From Actinomycetes bacterium (GTDB taxonomy: Bacteria > Actinomycetota > Acidimicrobiia > Acidimicrobiales > GCA-2861595): a DNA stretch of 64,000 bases. The translations under genes and the position numbers were made by a program. The stretch lies in NCBI GenBank assembly GCA_023264975.1, contig JAHFUS010000005.1:10771-74770 (forward strand), given 5' to 3'. The notes beneath the pieces were generated by a model that was given only the letters and a program-made list of their open reading frames with translations, was not told the origin of the DNA and ran no database searches. This document shows positions 10,520 through 20,151 of the stretch, piece after piece. Positions within the stretch are counted from its first letter, which is position 1; each line of letters starts with the position of its first letter.

Positions 10520-11524
10520 ATGACCGTCACCGAGCTGAAGCTGACCGAGTGGACATCGTGCGGTGGGTGCGCGGCCAAGTGGGGCGCCGCCCCGCTGAAC
10601 GCCCTGATCCGCGAGCTGGCAGCCGGCTCGGCCGACCTGCTGGTGGGACTCGCCCCCTTCGACGACGCCGCCGTCTACCGCCTCACCGACGACCTGGCCA
10701 TGGTGTCGACCACCGACTTCTTCCCGCCGCTCGTGGACGACCCCGCCGACTTCGGCGCCATCGCCGCCGCCAACGCGTGCAGCGACGTGTTCGCCATGGG
10801 GGCGCGGGTCGTGCTGGCCCTCAACATCTCTGCCTTCCCCGAGCGCCTGCCGGTGGAGGCGGTGGCCGCCGTCCTGGGCGCCGCCGGCGCGGTGGTGGCC
10901 GAGGCGGGCGGTGTTGTGGCGGGCGGTCACACCATCCGCTCCGAGGAGCCGATCTTCGGCCTCGCCGTGCAGGGGCTGGTGCACCCCGACCGCATCTGGA
11001 CCAAGGCCGGCGCCCGCCCGGGCGACGCCATCGTGCTGTCCAAGCCGCTCGGCACCGGGATCGTGCTGGCCGGCGGTCAGCCCGACGAGAAGGCGGCGGC
11101 CATCGTGCGCATGCGCCAGCTGAACCGGGCTGCGGCTGAGGCCCTGTCCGCCCTGGGCGACGGCGCCGCCCACGCCGTCACCGATGTCACCGGGTTCGGC
11201 CTGTTCGGCCACGGCTGGGAGATGGCCGAGCGCTCCGAAGCCATCCTGCGCTTCCACGCCTCCGCTCTCCCGTTCTACGACGGGGCCCTGGCGGCAGCCG
11301 AGGCGGGCGTGCGCACCGGCGGCGATGCCCGCAACCGGGCGCACCTGGAGGGCCGCGTCACCTCCACCGCCACGGCCGCCGTCGAAGCCCTCGGGTACGA
11401 CCCGCAGACGTCGGGCGGCCTCCTGGCCTCCGTGTCGCCGGCGGACGCCGTCCGCCTGGCCGATGCCGGATTCGTCACCATCGGTGAGGTCGTGACAGGG
11501 CCGGCCGGCGTGGAGGTCGGCTGA
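10520..11524 (+). CDS. selD: Selenide, water dikinase (selenophosphate synthetase), Cys-type
   Basis: LTEWTSCGGCAAKW N-terminal glycine-rich Cys/Lys loop, DDAAVY, TTDFFPP..DDP..FG.IAAANA.SDVFAMG, GGHTI and LSKPLGTG (AIR-synthase-like fold). No in-frame TGA. Confidence 0.92.
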   Translation: MTVTELKLTEWTSCGGCAAKWGAAPLNALIRELAAGSADLLVGLAPFDDAAVYRLTDDLAMVSTTDFFPPLVDDPADFGAIAAANACSDVFAMGARVVLALNISAFPERLPVEAVAAVLGAAGAVVAEAGGVVAGGHTIRSEEPIFGLAVQGLVHPDRIWTKAGARPGDAIVLSKPLGTGIVLAGGQPDEKAAAIVRMRQLNRAAAEALSALGDGAAHAVTDVTGFGLFGHGWEMAERSEAILRFHASALPFYDGALAAAEAGVRTGGDARNRAHLEGRVTSTATAAVEALGYDPQTSGGLLASVSPADAVRLADAGFVTIGEVVTGPAGVEVG

Positions 11525-11566
11525 CCGGCTGGGGCTGCCGCGCCGGCCGGCTGTAACGTCCGACTC

Positions 11567-12280
11567 GTGGCGACATCGCGCCAGCAGTTGCGACCGTCGC
11601 TGCGACCCAAGGCTCCCACGCTGGCCCTCGAGCGGGAGCTGTGGGGCCGTGGGCGCGAGGTCGTGGTCGGTGTCGACGAGGTGGGCCGGGGGGCGTGGGC
11701 CGGCCCCATCAGCGTGGGCGCCGCCGTGCTCCCGCCCGACAAGCGGGTCTACAAGGTCCGCGACTCGAAGATGCTCACCGAGGCCGAGCGGGAGCGCCTG
11801 TTCGACCGGGTCGCCTCGTGGTGCCGTGCGTGGGCGGTCGGCCATGCCAGCCAGGTCGAGTGCGACAGCCTCGGGATGTCGGAGGCGCAACGCCTGGCTG
11901 CCCGCCGGGCCGTTGCGGGCCTCGGCATCGAGCCCGACCACGTCCTCATCGACGGCCGCTGGGACTTCGTCGGGAAGGGGCCGGCCGCCACCACCCGCAT
12001 CGTGAAGGGCGACGCCACCTGCCTGTCCATCGCCGCCGCATCGGTGCTGGCCAAGGTCACGCGCGACCGGATCATGCGGGGGGAGGCGCAGCACTACCCG
12101 GGCTACGACTTCGACCTCAACAAGGGGTACCCGTGCCCCCGGCACAAGGCCGCCCTGAAGGCGTGGGGCCCGACCTCGATACACCGCCGCAGCTGGGTGT
12201 TCATGGACAACCTGCCCTGGGGCGTGCGCCCCGCCCCCGACCCCACGCAACCCATGCTGACCGAAGCCCCCGACCTGTGA
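11567..12280 (+). CDS. rnhB: Ribonuclease HII
   Basis: VVGVDEVGRGAWAGPISVGAAVL, DSKMLTE, IASASVLAKVTRD-like IAAASVLAKVTRDRIM and GYPCPRH motifs. GTG start. Confidence 0.92.
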   Translation: MATSRQQLRPSLRPKAPTLALERELWGRGREVVVGVDEVGRGAWAGPISVGAAVLPPDKRVYKVRDSKMLTEAERERLFDRVASWCRAWAVGHASQVECDSLGMSEAQRLAARRAVAGLGIEPDHVLIDGRWDFVGKGPAATTRIVKGDATCLSIAAASVLAKVTRDRIMRGEAQHYPGYDFDLNKGYPCPRHKAALKAWGPTSIHRRSWVFMDNLPWGVRPAPDPTQPMLTEAPDL

Positions 12281-13116
12281 CGCCAGGTCGAACGGCGGCC
12301 GCCCTGGCCGCCCTCGTGGTGCTGGCCACGGGCGGGTGCAAGGAGCCGGCCAAGCCCTCCCTCGAGCAGTCCGGCCCGCCCGACGCCGCCACCGGCCCTG
12401 CGCAGGGTCAGGCGCTCGAGACGGTGGCGGAGGGCAAGCTCACCGCCTGTACGGCCGTCCCCGACCCGCCCTTTGCCTTCGACGACGAGGGGGAGCTCGA
12501 CGGCATCGACATCGAGCTGGTGCGTGCCGTCGCCGGCCGGCTCGGGCTCGTGCCGACGTTCGAGCAGGTGGCGCCGGGGGAGCTCTTCCGGGCCATGGAT
12601 GCGGGTACCTGCGACCTGGTGGCGGCGTCGGTGACGATCACGTCCGAACGACAGGAGACATTCGCCTTCTCGGCGCCCTACTTCCGGGTCGACCAGTCGC
12701 TACTCGTGCGCAAGGCCGACGAGACGAGGTACCCCGACCTTGCCGCCCTGGCAGGCCGGACGGTGGGTGTGCAGGCGTCGACCAGCGGGGCCGTCTACGC
12801 GCAGGCGAACGGCGCCGGCACCACCGTGAAGGAGTACGGCAGTGCCGACGAGCTGCTGACGGCTCTCGCCGCCAAAGAGGTGGATGCCGCCCTCCAGGAC
12901 CTGCCCGTCAACGCCTTCGACGCCAAGACGACGGGCGAGACGGTCGTCACCGAGACGTTCGCCGACGGCGACAAGGAGCTCTACGGGTTCGTCATGGCGA
13001 AGGGGCGGACGGCGCTGAGGGCGGCGGTGGACGGAGCGCTCGGCCAGGTCCGCTCCGACGACACCTACCCCACCATCCTGCGCAGTTTCCTGGGCGGCAC
13101 GGCCGGGCAGATCTGA
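12277..13116 (+). CDS. Amino-acid ABC transporter substrate-binding lipoprotein (family 3 SBP; no permease/ATPase neighbours)
   Basis: GTG 12277 in a GTGA overlap with the rnhB stop. Lipobox VVLATGGC. PPFAFDDEGELDGIDIELVRAVA..SVTITSERQETFAFSAPYF. Confidence 0.85.
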   Translation: MTPGRTAAALAALVVLATGGCKEPAKPSLEQSGPPDAATGPAQGQALETVAEGKLTACTAVPDPPFAFDDEGELDGIDIELVRAVAGRLGLVPTFEQVAPGELFRAMDAGTCDLVAASVTITSERQETFAFSAPYFRVDQSLLVRKADETRYPDLAALAGRTVGVQASTSGAVYAQANGAGTTVKEYGSADELLTALAAKEVDAALQDLPVNAFDAKTTGETVVTETFADGDKELYGFVMAKGRTALRAAVDGALGQVRSDDTYPTILRSFLGGTAGQI

Positions 13117-13218
13117 GCCGCCCGCCCTCGGCCGATGTGGCCGCCCCGGCGAAAGGCCTCACGTTTTCGGTACGGTCTTCGCTTCGGGATCGTGATCGTT
13201 CATGGCACAGTTCTACCC

Positions 13219-13812
13219 ATGAGCGGCCCCGCCATCGCCATAGTCCTGTTCCCCGGCGTCGAGGAGCTCGACTGGGTCGGGCCGTGGGAGGTCCTTTCGG
13301 GCTGGGCCCGAAACTGGCCCGACGACGGGGCCGGCGTGTTCACCGTGGCCGACACCACCGACGTGATCAGCTGCGCCCAGGGCGCCCGCGTGCTGGCCGA
13401 CCACACGTGGGAGACGGCGCCGGCCTACGACCTGCTCTTGTACCCCGGTGGTCCGGGGGTGCGGCCGCTGCTCGACAACGACGTGGTGCGCAAGCGGGTG
13501 AGGGCGGCGGCCGAGGCGGGCACCGTGCTGGCCAGCGTGTGCACCGGTTCGCTGGTGCTGGCCGACGCCGGGGTGCTCGACGGCAAGCCGGCCACGACGT
13601 ACTGGTCGTCGTTCGACATGCTGGTCTCGCTCGGCACCGACATCGAGCCGCGCCCCGACGACCGCTACGTGGACGCCGGCGAGGTGGTCACCGCTGCCGG
13701 CGTGTCGGCCGGCATCGACATGGCCCTCCACCTCGTGCGCCGCTTTGTTGGCGAGGAGCGTGCCCGCGAGGTGCGCCGTTTCATCCAGTACGACCCTCAG
13801 CCGCCCGTCTGA
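13219..13812 (+). CDS. DJ-1/PfpI family protein
   Basis: AIVLFPGVEELDWVGPWEVL and the nucleophile elbow ASVCTGSLVLADAGVLDG. Internal ATG 13219 chosen; the upstream extension is not protein-like. Confidence 0.85.
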   Translation: MSGPAIAIVLFPGVEELDWVGPWEVLSGWARNWPDDGAGVFTVADTTDVISCAQGARVLADHTWETAPAYDLLLYPGGPGVRPLLDNDVVRKRVRAAAEAGTVLASVCTGSLVLADAGVLDGKPATTYWSSFDMLVSLGTDIEPRPDDRYVDAGEVVTAAGVSAGIDMALHLVRRFVGEERAREVRRFIQYDPQPPV

Positions 13813-13822
13813 GAGCCGCCCC

Positions 13823-13992
13823 TCACGTGACTTCACCCAGCTGAGGCTCGACACGTCCGGCCGCACCGTCACCGACCTCACCGACGGGGACCGTTTCTGC
13901 TCCGGCCGGGGCGACGGCGGAGCATCGTGCTGGTCGACCCCAACGACGACAACCCCGCGAGGACCGTGCGCCTCAGCTTCCAGCGCGGCTGA
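13823..13992 (+). pseudogene. Possible frameshifted remnant of a small gene (no usable start codon)
   Basis: Two adjacent frames carry near-100% GC3 coding signal: ..DFTQLRLDTSGRTVTDLTDGDRFCSGRGDGG, then (shifted) SIVLVDPNDDNPARTVRLSFQRG*. The switch is around 13915-13922. No family recognised. Confidence 0.25.
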
Positions 13993-14147
13993 CGCGCTCC
14001 CGGGTGCGGGCCGCCCCACATCGTTTCCGCCGCGGGGTCCCTTCTCTGCTCTCCTCGTCTCCGGCCCCTGTTCCCGATCGTGCCCGTCGCCGGGGCTCGG
14101 CGGTTGGATCGGCGGCCGCCCGGGTCGGCGCCACGGGCGTGGCCGCC

Positions 14148-14369
14148 CTACTGCTCTGCGTCGAGGAGCGATTGGGCAGCGGCCAGCGCCGTCAGGGGAT
14201 CGGACGTCGACGCCCCTGCGAGCCAGGCGGCCAGAGGAGCATTCTTCCGCTCGGTGCCGTGGGCGACGACCCGGGCCAGGTCGAGGATGGCGTCGACCTC
14301 GGTCGGGTCGAGCGGCGGCACCCCGAGGGCAGCGGCATAGCGGTCCAGCCAGTCGTCCATGGGCCCCAT
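14148..14369 (-). CDS. Small conserved actinobacterial protein (DUF6457-like)
   Basis: MDDWLDRYAAALGVPPLDPTEVDAILDLARVVAHGTERKNAPLAAWLAG resembles small proteins I recall as DUF6457. Good GC3. Confidence 0.6.
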   Translation of the reverse strand: MGPMDDWLDRYAAALGVPPLDPTEVDAILDLARVVAHGTERKNAPLAAWLAGASTSDPLTALAAAQSLLDAEQ

Positions 14370-14427
14370 CCTGGCGCGCCGGCGGGTGGCCCGCCCCGCC
14401 CGCCGATCGGCACAGGGATGCTGCGCG

Positions 14428-16257
<1,830 letters not shown>

Positions 16258-16452
16258 GTCGCCTCGGCGTGGCTCTCCCGGTTCGTCGCCTCGATCGTCG
16301 AAGTGACCGCGCCGGCGGTGGAACGGGTATGCAAGGGCCAACTCCGGCGAACTTCCTCAGGGCCGGAGCACTTTGCACCCCGAATCCCCAACGTTTCCTC
16401 TCGTCGTCCACAGGACGACCCCTCTACGGTCGTGCCCGGTGACGGTGGCGCG

Positions 16453-17838
16453 GTGAAGACATGGCCGAATCCACCGTCGTTGGCAGCGGCCCTCGGATTC
16501 GGACGCCGGCACGCTCGGGCGTCGCTGCGCCCGCCGGACCTGGACGACGACCCGGTCGTCGGCGAGGACGACGTAGCCCCGACCGACATGTCGGAGCAGC
16601 CCGGAGAGGACACGGGGCTTGCGGAGGCCGATGGCGGCCTGTCGGTGGATGTGCCCGACGAGGCGGGCCCACCGACCGCGCCCGGAGGCGAAAGGGTGGC
16701 TGCCGGGGGCGACGGCGACCTGTCGGTGGGTCGGCCGGCAGAGGCGAGACTGGCGAACGAGCCCGCTGACGACGTGGCGCCGGCGCCGTGGCCCCGGCCG
16801 CATGCCGCTCCGCCGGCTGCGGCGCCGGGGCTTTCGTCGCCGCCCACCACGTCTCCCGTACCGGCGGCGCCGGACGCCACCCTGAGCGAGGCGGTGGCGG
16901 GCGACCGTATCCGGGCGGCCGCCGAAGGCGCCGTCGCCAGCGACGCCCTGGCCGCGGTCCGCGACGAGCTGGCCGGCGTGCGCCGGCGGCTCTTGGCGGC
17001 GGCGGGAGAGCTGGCCGACCGGCGGGCGGCAGCCGAACAGCAGGAGCAAATGTTCGGCCGGCTCAGTGCCGAGCTCAAGGCGGAGCGTCAGGGTCGTCAG
17101 CAGGAACGTCAGGCGCGGGAGGGCCAGTGTCCCGAGGACCGTGGCCACCTGTCCGCCGATCTCGCCGCAGTGGCCGAACGCCAGCGCCAGGAAGCCGAGC
17201 GGTTGGCGCGGGAGCGCCAGGTGCTCGACGCCATGAGCCGCACGCTCGCCGGCGAGCGGGCCCACCTCGAGCTCGATGCGGAGCGGGACCTGGTCGCTGC
17301 CCAGCGCGCCCATCTCGACGAGGAGCGCTCCGAGCTCGACCGGCTCCGGCGCCGGGCGATGGCGGCGGCGGCCTCCGGCCGGTCGGCCGAGGACGCCCCG
17401 AGCGGTGGGTCGGGCGGCGCAGCGGTGCCGCAGAGTCTCGGCAGCGCCAGGCGCAGCCGGCCCACCGCGGCCCCGCCGGCAGCTGGTCCGCCAGCCCGCA
17501 CCCCAACTCGTTCCCGGTCCGCTGTGGGAGCGGCGCCGGGCGTCGGGGGCCGGCGGTCGACCAACGGCACCGCCCCGCCGGCGGCCCCGAAGGCGCCCCC
17601 CCCGGAGCGCCGCCGCAACGAGACCGATTCCGTGCCGGCGCCGCCCGGGCGCCGCCGCAACGAGGCCGATTCCGTGCCGGTCGTCCCGTCCACCCGTCGC
17701 GAACCGGGTGCCCTCCGCCCGGGGGCCCTCGCCGCTGCCCACCCGCCGGTCGAGGATGCACAGGCGCAGGTCAACAGGCGGCGGCGCCGGGGCGGAAGCG
17801 GAGCTGACGACCTCAGGGCCGACGACCCCTCGAGGTAG
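16453..17838 (+). CDS. Hypothetical Ala/Pro/Arg-rich protein with a central coiled-coil region
   Basis: Strong GC3 bias from about 16480 onward. Central heptad-like stretch (AELKAERQGRQQERQAREG..RQRQEAERLARERQVLDAM..ERSELDRLRRR). Start uncertain: candidates GTG 16432, GTG 16453, ATG 16588. The ORF-track start 16303 lies in poorly coding sequence. Confidence 0.5.
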   Translation: MKTWPNPPSLAAALGFGRRHARASLRPPDLDDDPVVGEDDVAPTDMSEQPGEDTGLAEADGGLSVDVPDEAGPPTAPGGERVAAGGDGDLSVGRPAEARLANEPADDVAPAPWPRPHAAPPAAAPGLSSPPTTSPVPAAPDATLSEAVAGDRIRAAAEGAVASDALAAVRDELAGVRRRLLAAAGELADRRAAAEQQEQMFGRLSAELKAERQGRQQERQAREGQCPEDRGHLSADLAAVAERQRQEAERLARERQVLDAMSRTLAGERAHLELDAERDLVAAQRAHLDEERSELDRLRRRAMAAAASGRSAEDAPSGGSGGAAVPQSLGSARRSRPTAAPPAAGPPARTPTRSRSAVGAAPGVGGRRSTNGTAPPAAPKAPPPERRRNETDSVPAPPGRRRNEADSVPVVPSTRREPGALRPGALAAAHPPVEDAQAQVNRRRRRGGSGADDLRADDPSR

Positions 17839-17870
17839 CGCTTCTGCCGGCGAGCCGGCGCCGGCCGGGC

Positions 17871-18344
17871 TCAGGCGGCGTCGAGCGGTTGGGCGCGGAT
17901 GGCAGCGACCGCCGCGTTGAGGGCGTCCGCCTCCAGGATGTCGGCCATGATCCCGATCTGCTCGTCCCAGACCTCGGGCGGGATGTCGGCCTTCACTTCG
18001 TCGTCGAGCACGTGGTACACGCCGAGGCCCAACTGGACCCCTGCCAGCGCACCTGCATATGCCGGGTCTCCCAGCCGGACCGTTTCCGCCGAGATCTCCG
18101 CCGCCTCCGGATCGGGGGCACCGAGGATCACGACGACCTGGTCACGGCCGTGGGTCTCCGCCAGCCGGAGGATTGCCTCCTGGCTCTGCAGGTCCATGGC
18201 GCCTGACGCCGTTCAGACGAAGCACTCCGTGGCCGTGAAGACCACCGTCGCCCCAGCCGCCTCCATGCAGGCGGCGATGGCGGGGCCTGACACCCCGTCA
18301 CGTTCGCCCAAGGCGACGATCTTCTTGCCCTCCAGTACTCCCAC
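17871..18344 (-). CDS. grdA: Glycine/sarcosine/betaine reductase complex selenoprotein A (GrdA), with in-frame UGA = Sec
   Basis: ORFs 18213..18395 and 17871..18197 are in the same frame, separated only by TGA. The joined product is (M)GVLEGKKIVALGERDGVSGPAIAACMEAAGATVVFTATECFV-U-TASGAMDLQSQ..GDPAYAGALAGVQLGLGVYHV. The CxxU motif and flanks match GrdA as I remember it. GTG 18344 lies 2 nt after the trx stop, with GGAAGGAG upstream. Confidence 0.9.
18160..18184 (-). other. Candidate SECIS-like hairpin downstream of the grdA UGA
   Basis: mRNA 5'-GCCAG GAGG CAAU CCUC (CGG) CUGGC-3', starting 29 nt after the UGA. A weaker GGCG/CGCC hairpin lies immediately after the UGA. Which one, if either, is the functional SECIS is unresolved. 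Confidence 0.35.
18213..18215 (-). other. UGA selenocysteine codon of grdA
   Basis: Reverse complement reads ..GAG TGC TTC GTC TGA ACG GCG TCA GGC GCC ATG GAC.. = E C F V U T A S G A M D. Confidence 0.88.
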
Positions 18345-18346
18345 CC

Positions 18347-18694
18347 TCACTCCTTCCCGACGCCGGCACCAGCTGCCAGCGTGTCGTTGACCCACTGCTC
18401 CACCTTCGACTCTGTGAGCGCGGCGCCGGCGATGCGGCCGATCTCTTCGCCGTCACGGAACAGCACGAAGGCGGGCAGGCCCATGAGCCGAAGCTCCATG
18501 CACAGCCGGCGCGCCTTGGGCGCCTCCAACTTGACGACCTTGAACTGCTCTTCCCGCTCGGCGGCCATGCGCTCGATGAACGGCATCATGACCAGGCACG
18601 GCTGGCAGTCCGGACCCCACACGTCGACGAGCGTGGTGCCCTCGGCGACCAGTTCCCGGAAGTTCTCGCGAGTGGCCTCGGTGAGTGTTCCCAT
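18347..18694 (-). CDS. trxA: Thioredoxin (Grd-operon associated; CQPC active site)
   Basis: LVDVWGPDCQPCLVMMP, PAFVLFRDGEEIGRIAGA (thioredoxin fold). ATG 18694 lies 1 nt after the grdC stop; the alternative ATG 18712 would overlap grdC. Confidence 0.88.
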   Translation of the reverse strand: MGTLTEATRENFRELVAEGTTLVDVWGPDCQPCLVMMPFIERMAAEREEQFKVVKLEAPKARRLCMELRLMGLPAFVLFRDGEEIGRIAGAALTESKVEQWVNDTLAAGAGVGKE

Positions 18695-18695
18695 C

Positions 18696-20135
18696 TCAGT
18701 TCCCTTTCCCATTGCGCTCCAGCAGCACGCTCATGCCGTCCGACAGCTGCGACATCCGGCCGAGGAACAGGCTTCCCTTGGCCAGCAGCAGCACCTTGTT
18801 CGCGCCTCCCGTGGTGAGGCGGTCGACGGCGTGCGGCAAGTAGCACAGCGAGGATGCCAGATGGCCCTGCGTCGGTGCGAAACCGGGCATGCCGTGCTCG
18901 GCCGCGAACGCGGCGATATCGGCCCGTTCGATCTCGCCCGCCTGGGCCGCCAGTGCGGCGATCGTCTTGTAGTTGCGGGCGGGTACGTCTCCCGAACCCT
19001 GCGGCTCGGTGATCTCCGGGTTGTGCAACTCGGTCGCGTAGTCGTCCACCGCGGCCATGGGGATGCCGAGCCGGCGAAGGGGTTCCACGGCCAGCGCCTC
19101 CATGATCGCCGGGTTCGAGCCGCCCATTCCGACCCGGTGCCGGCCCACGGAGTCGAGCCGGATGCGGGGTGACACGCCGTCGTCGGCCTGCACCAGGGCG
19201 GCGGCGCCGCCGAGCACGTCTTCCATCACCGGCATGTCGTGCTTCAGGTGGCCTTGGAACTTCATGCCGAGCTTGGCCATCGACCCGCCTGCGATGACGG
19301 CGACGCGGTCGAACAGGCCGGCCGACACCATGGCCGCCGCCGTCACCAGCGCCGGCGCAGGGGCGGCGCAGAAGTTCTTCACGTCCATGCCGGACGCCTC
19401 GGACAGACCGGCCACCTCGGCCACCGCCTTGGCCATGTTGCCGCCGCCCCGCTGGTAGCGGTCGCCGATGGCCTCCTCGCCGCACCCGATCACGAAGTCG
19501 ATCGACGCCGGGTCGATGCCCCCGTTGTGCAGGAGGTGCAGGAGGGACAGGGTGGCGGTGGCCTTGGACGCCAGGTTGTCGAGCAGCACGGCGGCGGTGA
19601 GCGCCTCGTCCTCCTCGTGGGCGGCGGTGATCGCCCCGCCCAGCCGGGTCGCGCCGAGGTGCAGGGGCATGCTGCCGGGCCGCAGGAGCACGGCCGCCAC
19701 GTCGCCCTTGGCCTTGTCGATGCGGTCGATGTCGAGGTGCTTGGCCAGCGGGTGGGTCGCCAGTGCGGCGGCTGCTTCGTCGGCCACGTCGGGGGACAGG
19801 GTGATCAGGTCGAAGCGGTCGACCGCCACGAGCAGGCCGAGGAACTCGAGGTCGGGCACGATCTCGCCCCGCGGCCCGAGCCGCGACGCGTTGCCGCTCC
19901 TGCCCCACCAGGGGCGCTCCCCCATGGCACGGGGGTGGACGGCGCCCACGTACGCCTGGTGGGGCGCGTAGGCCACGGCGTCGTCGTAGGAGCGCAGTGA
20001 GGCCAGGAACTTCTCCGACACGTCGGGGTGCCTCGGCAGTTCGCGCGCCGGCTTGGACCCGTGGCGGGCCAGTCCGGGCACGTGGGCCAGCACCTGGGTC
20101 GACCCGGCGACGACGGCCGTCCGTTGCTCGCTCAT
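18696..20135 (-). CDS. grdC: Glycine/sarcosine/betaine reductase complex component C subunit (GrdC-like)
   Basis: MSEQRTAVVAGSTQVLAHVPGLARHGSKP..LRSYDDAVAYAPHQAYVG N-terminal domain plus a thiolase/KAS-like part (NFCAAPAPALVTAAAMVSAG, GGSMAKLG). GGGGAGG RBS. The upstream 43 codons of the ORF run through an intergenic palindrome. Confidence 0.8.
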   Translation of the reverse strand: MSEQRTAVVAGSTQVLAHVPGLARHGSKPARELPRHPDVSEKFLASLRSYDDAVAYAPHQAYVGAVHPRAMGERPWWGRSGNASRLGPRGEIVPDLEFLGLLVAVDRFDLITLSPDVADEAAAALATHPLAKHLDIDRIDKAKGDVAAVLLRPGSMPLHLGATRLGGAITAAHEEDEALTAAVLLDNLASKATATLSLLHLLHNGGIDPASIDFVIGCGEEAIGDRYQRGGGNMAKAVAEVAGLSEASGMDVKNFCAAPAPALVTAAAMVSAGLFDRVAVIAGGSMAKLGMKFQGHLKHDMPVMEDVLGGAAALVQADDGVSPRIRLDSVGRHRVGMGGSNPAIMEALAVEPLRRLGIPMAAVDDYATELHNPEITEPQGSGDVPARNYKTIAALAAQAGEIERADIAAFAAEHGMPGFAPTQGHLASSLCYLPHAVDRLTTGGANKVLLLAKGSLFLGRMSQLSDGMSVLLERNGKGN

Positions 20136-20151
20136 GCGCCTCCCCTGCCCT

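Noticed and set aside
16303-16452. 5' extension of the coiled-coil ORF back to GTG 16303, and the alternative-frame ATG ORF 16461..16769
   Set aside because: GC3 in 16303-16450 is clearly lower than in the downstream part, and the peptide (..FAPRIPNVSSRRPQDD..) looks non-coding. The 16461 ORF is in a frame with Arg/Gly-rich junk that overlaps the better-supported frame.
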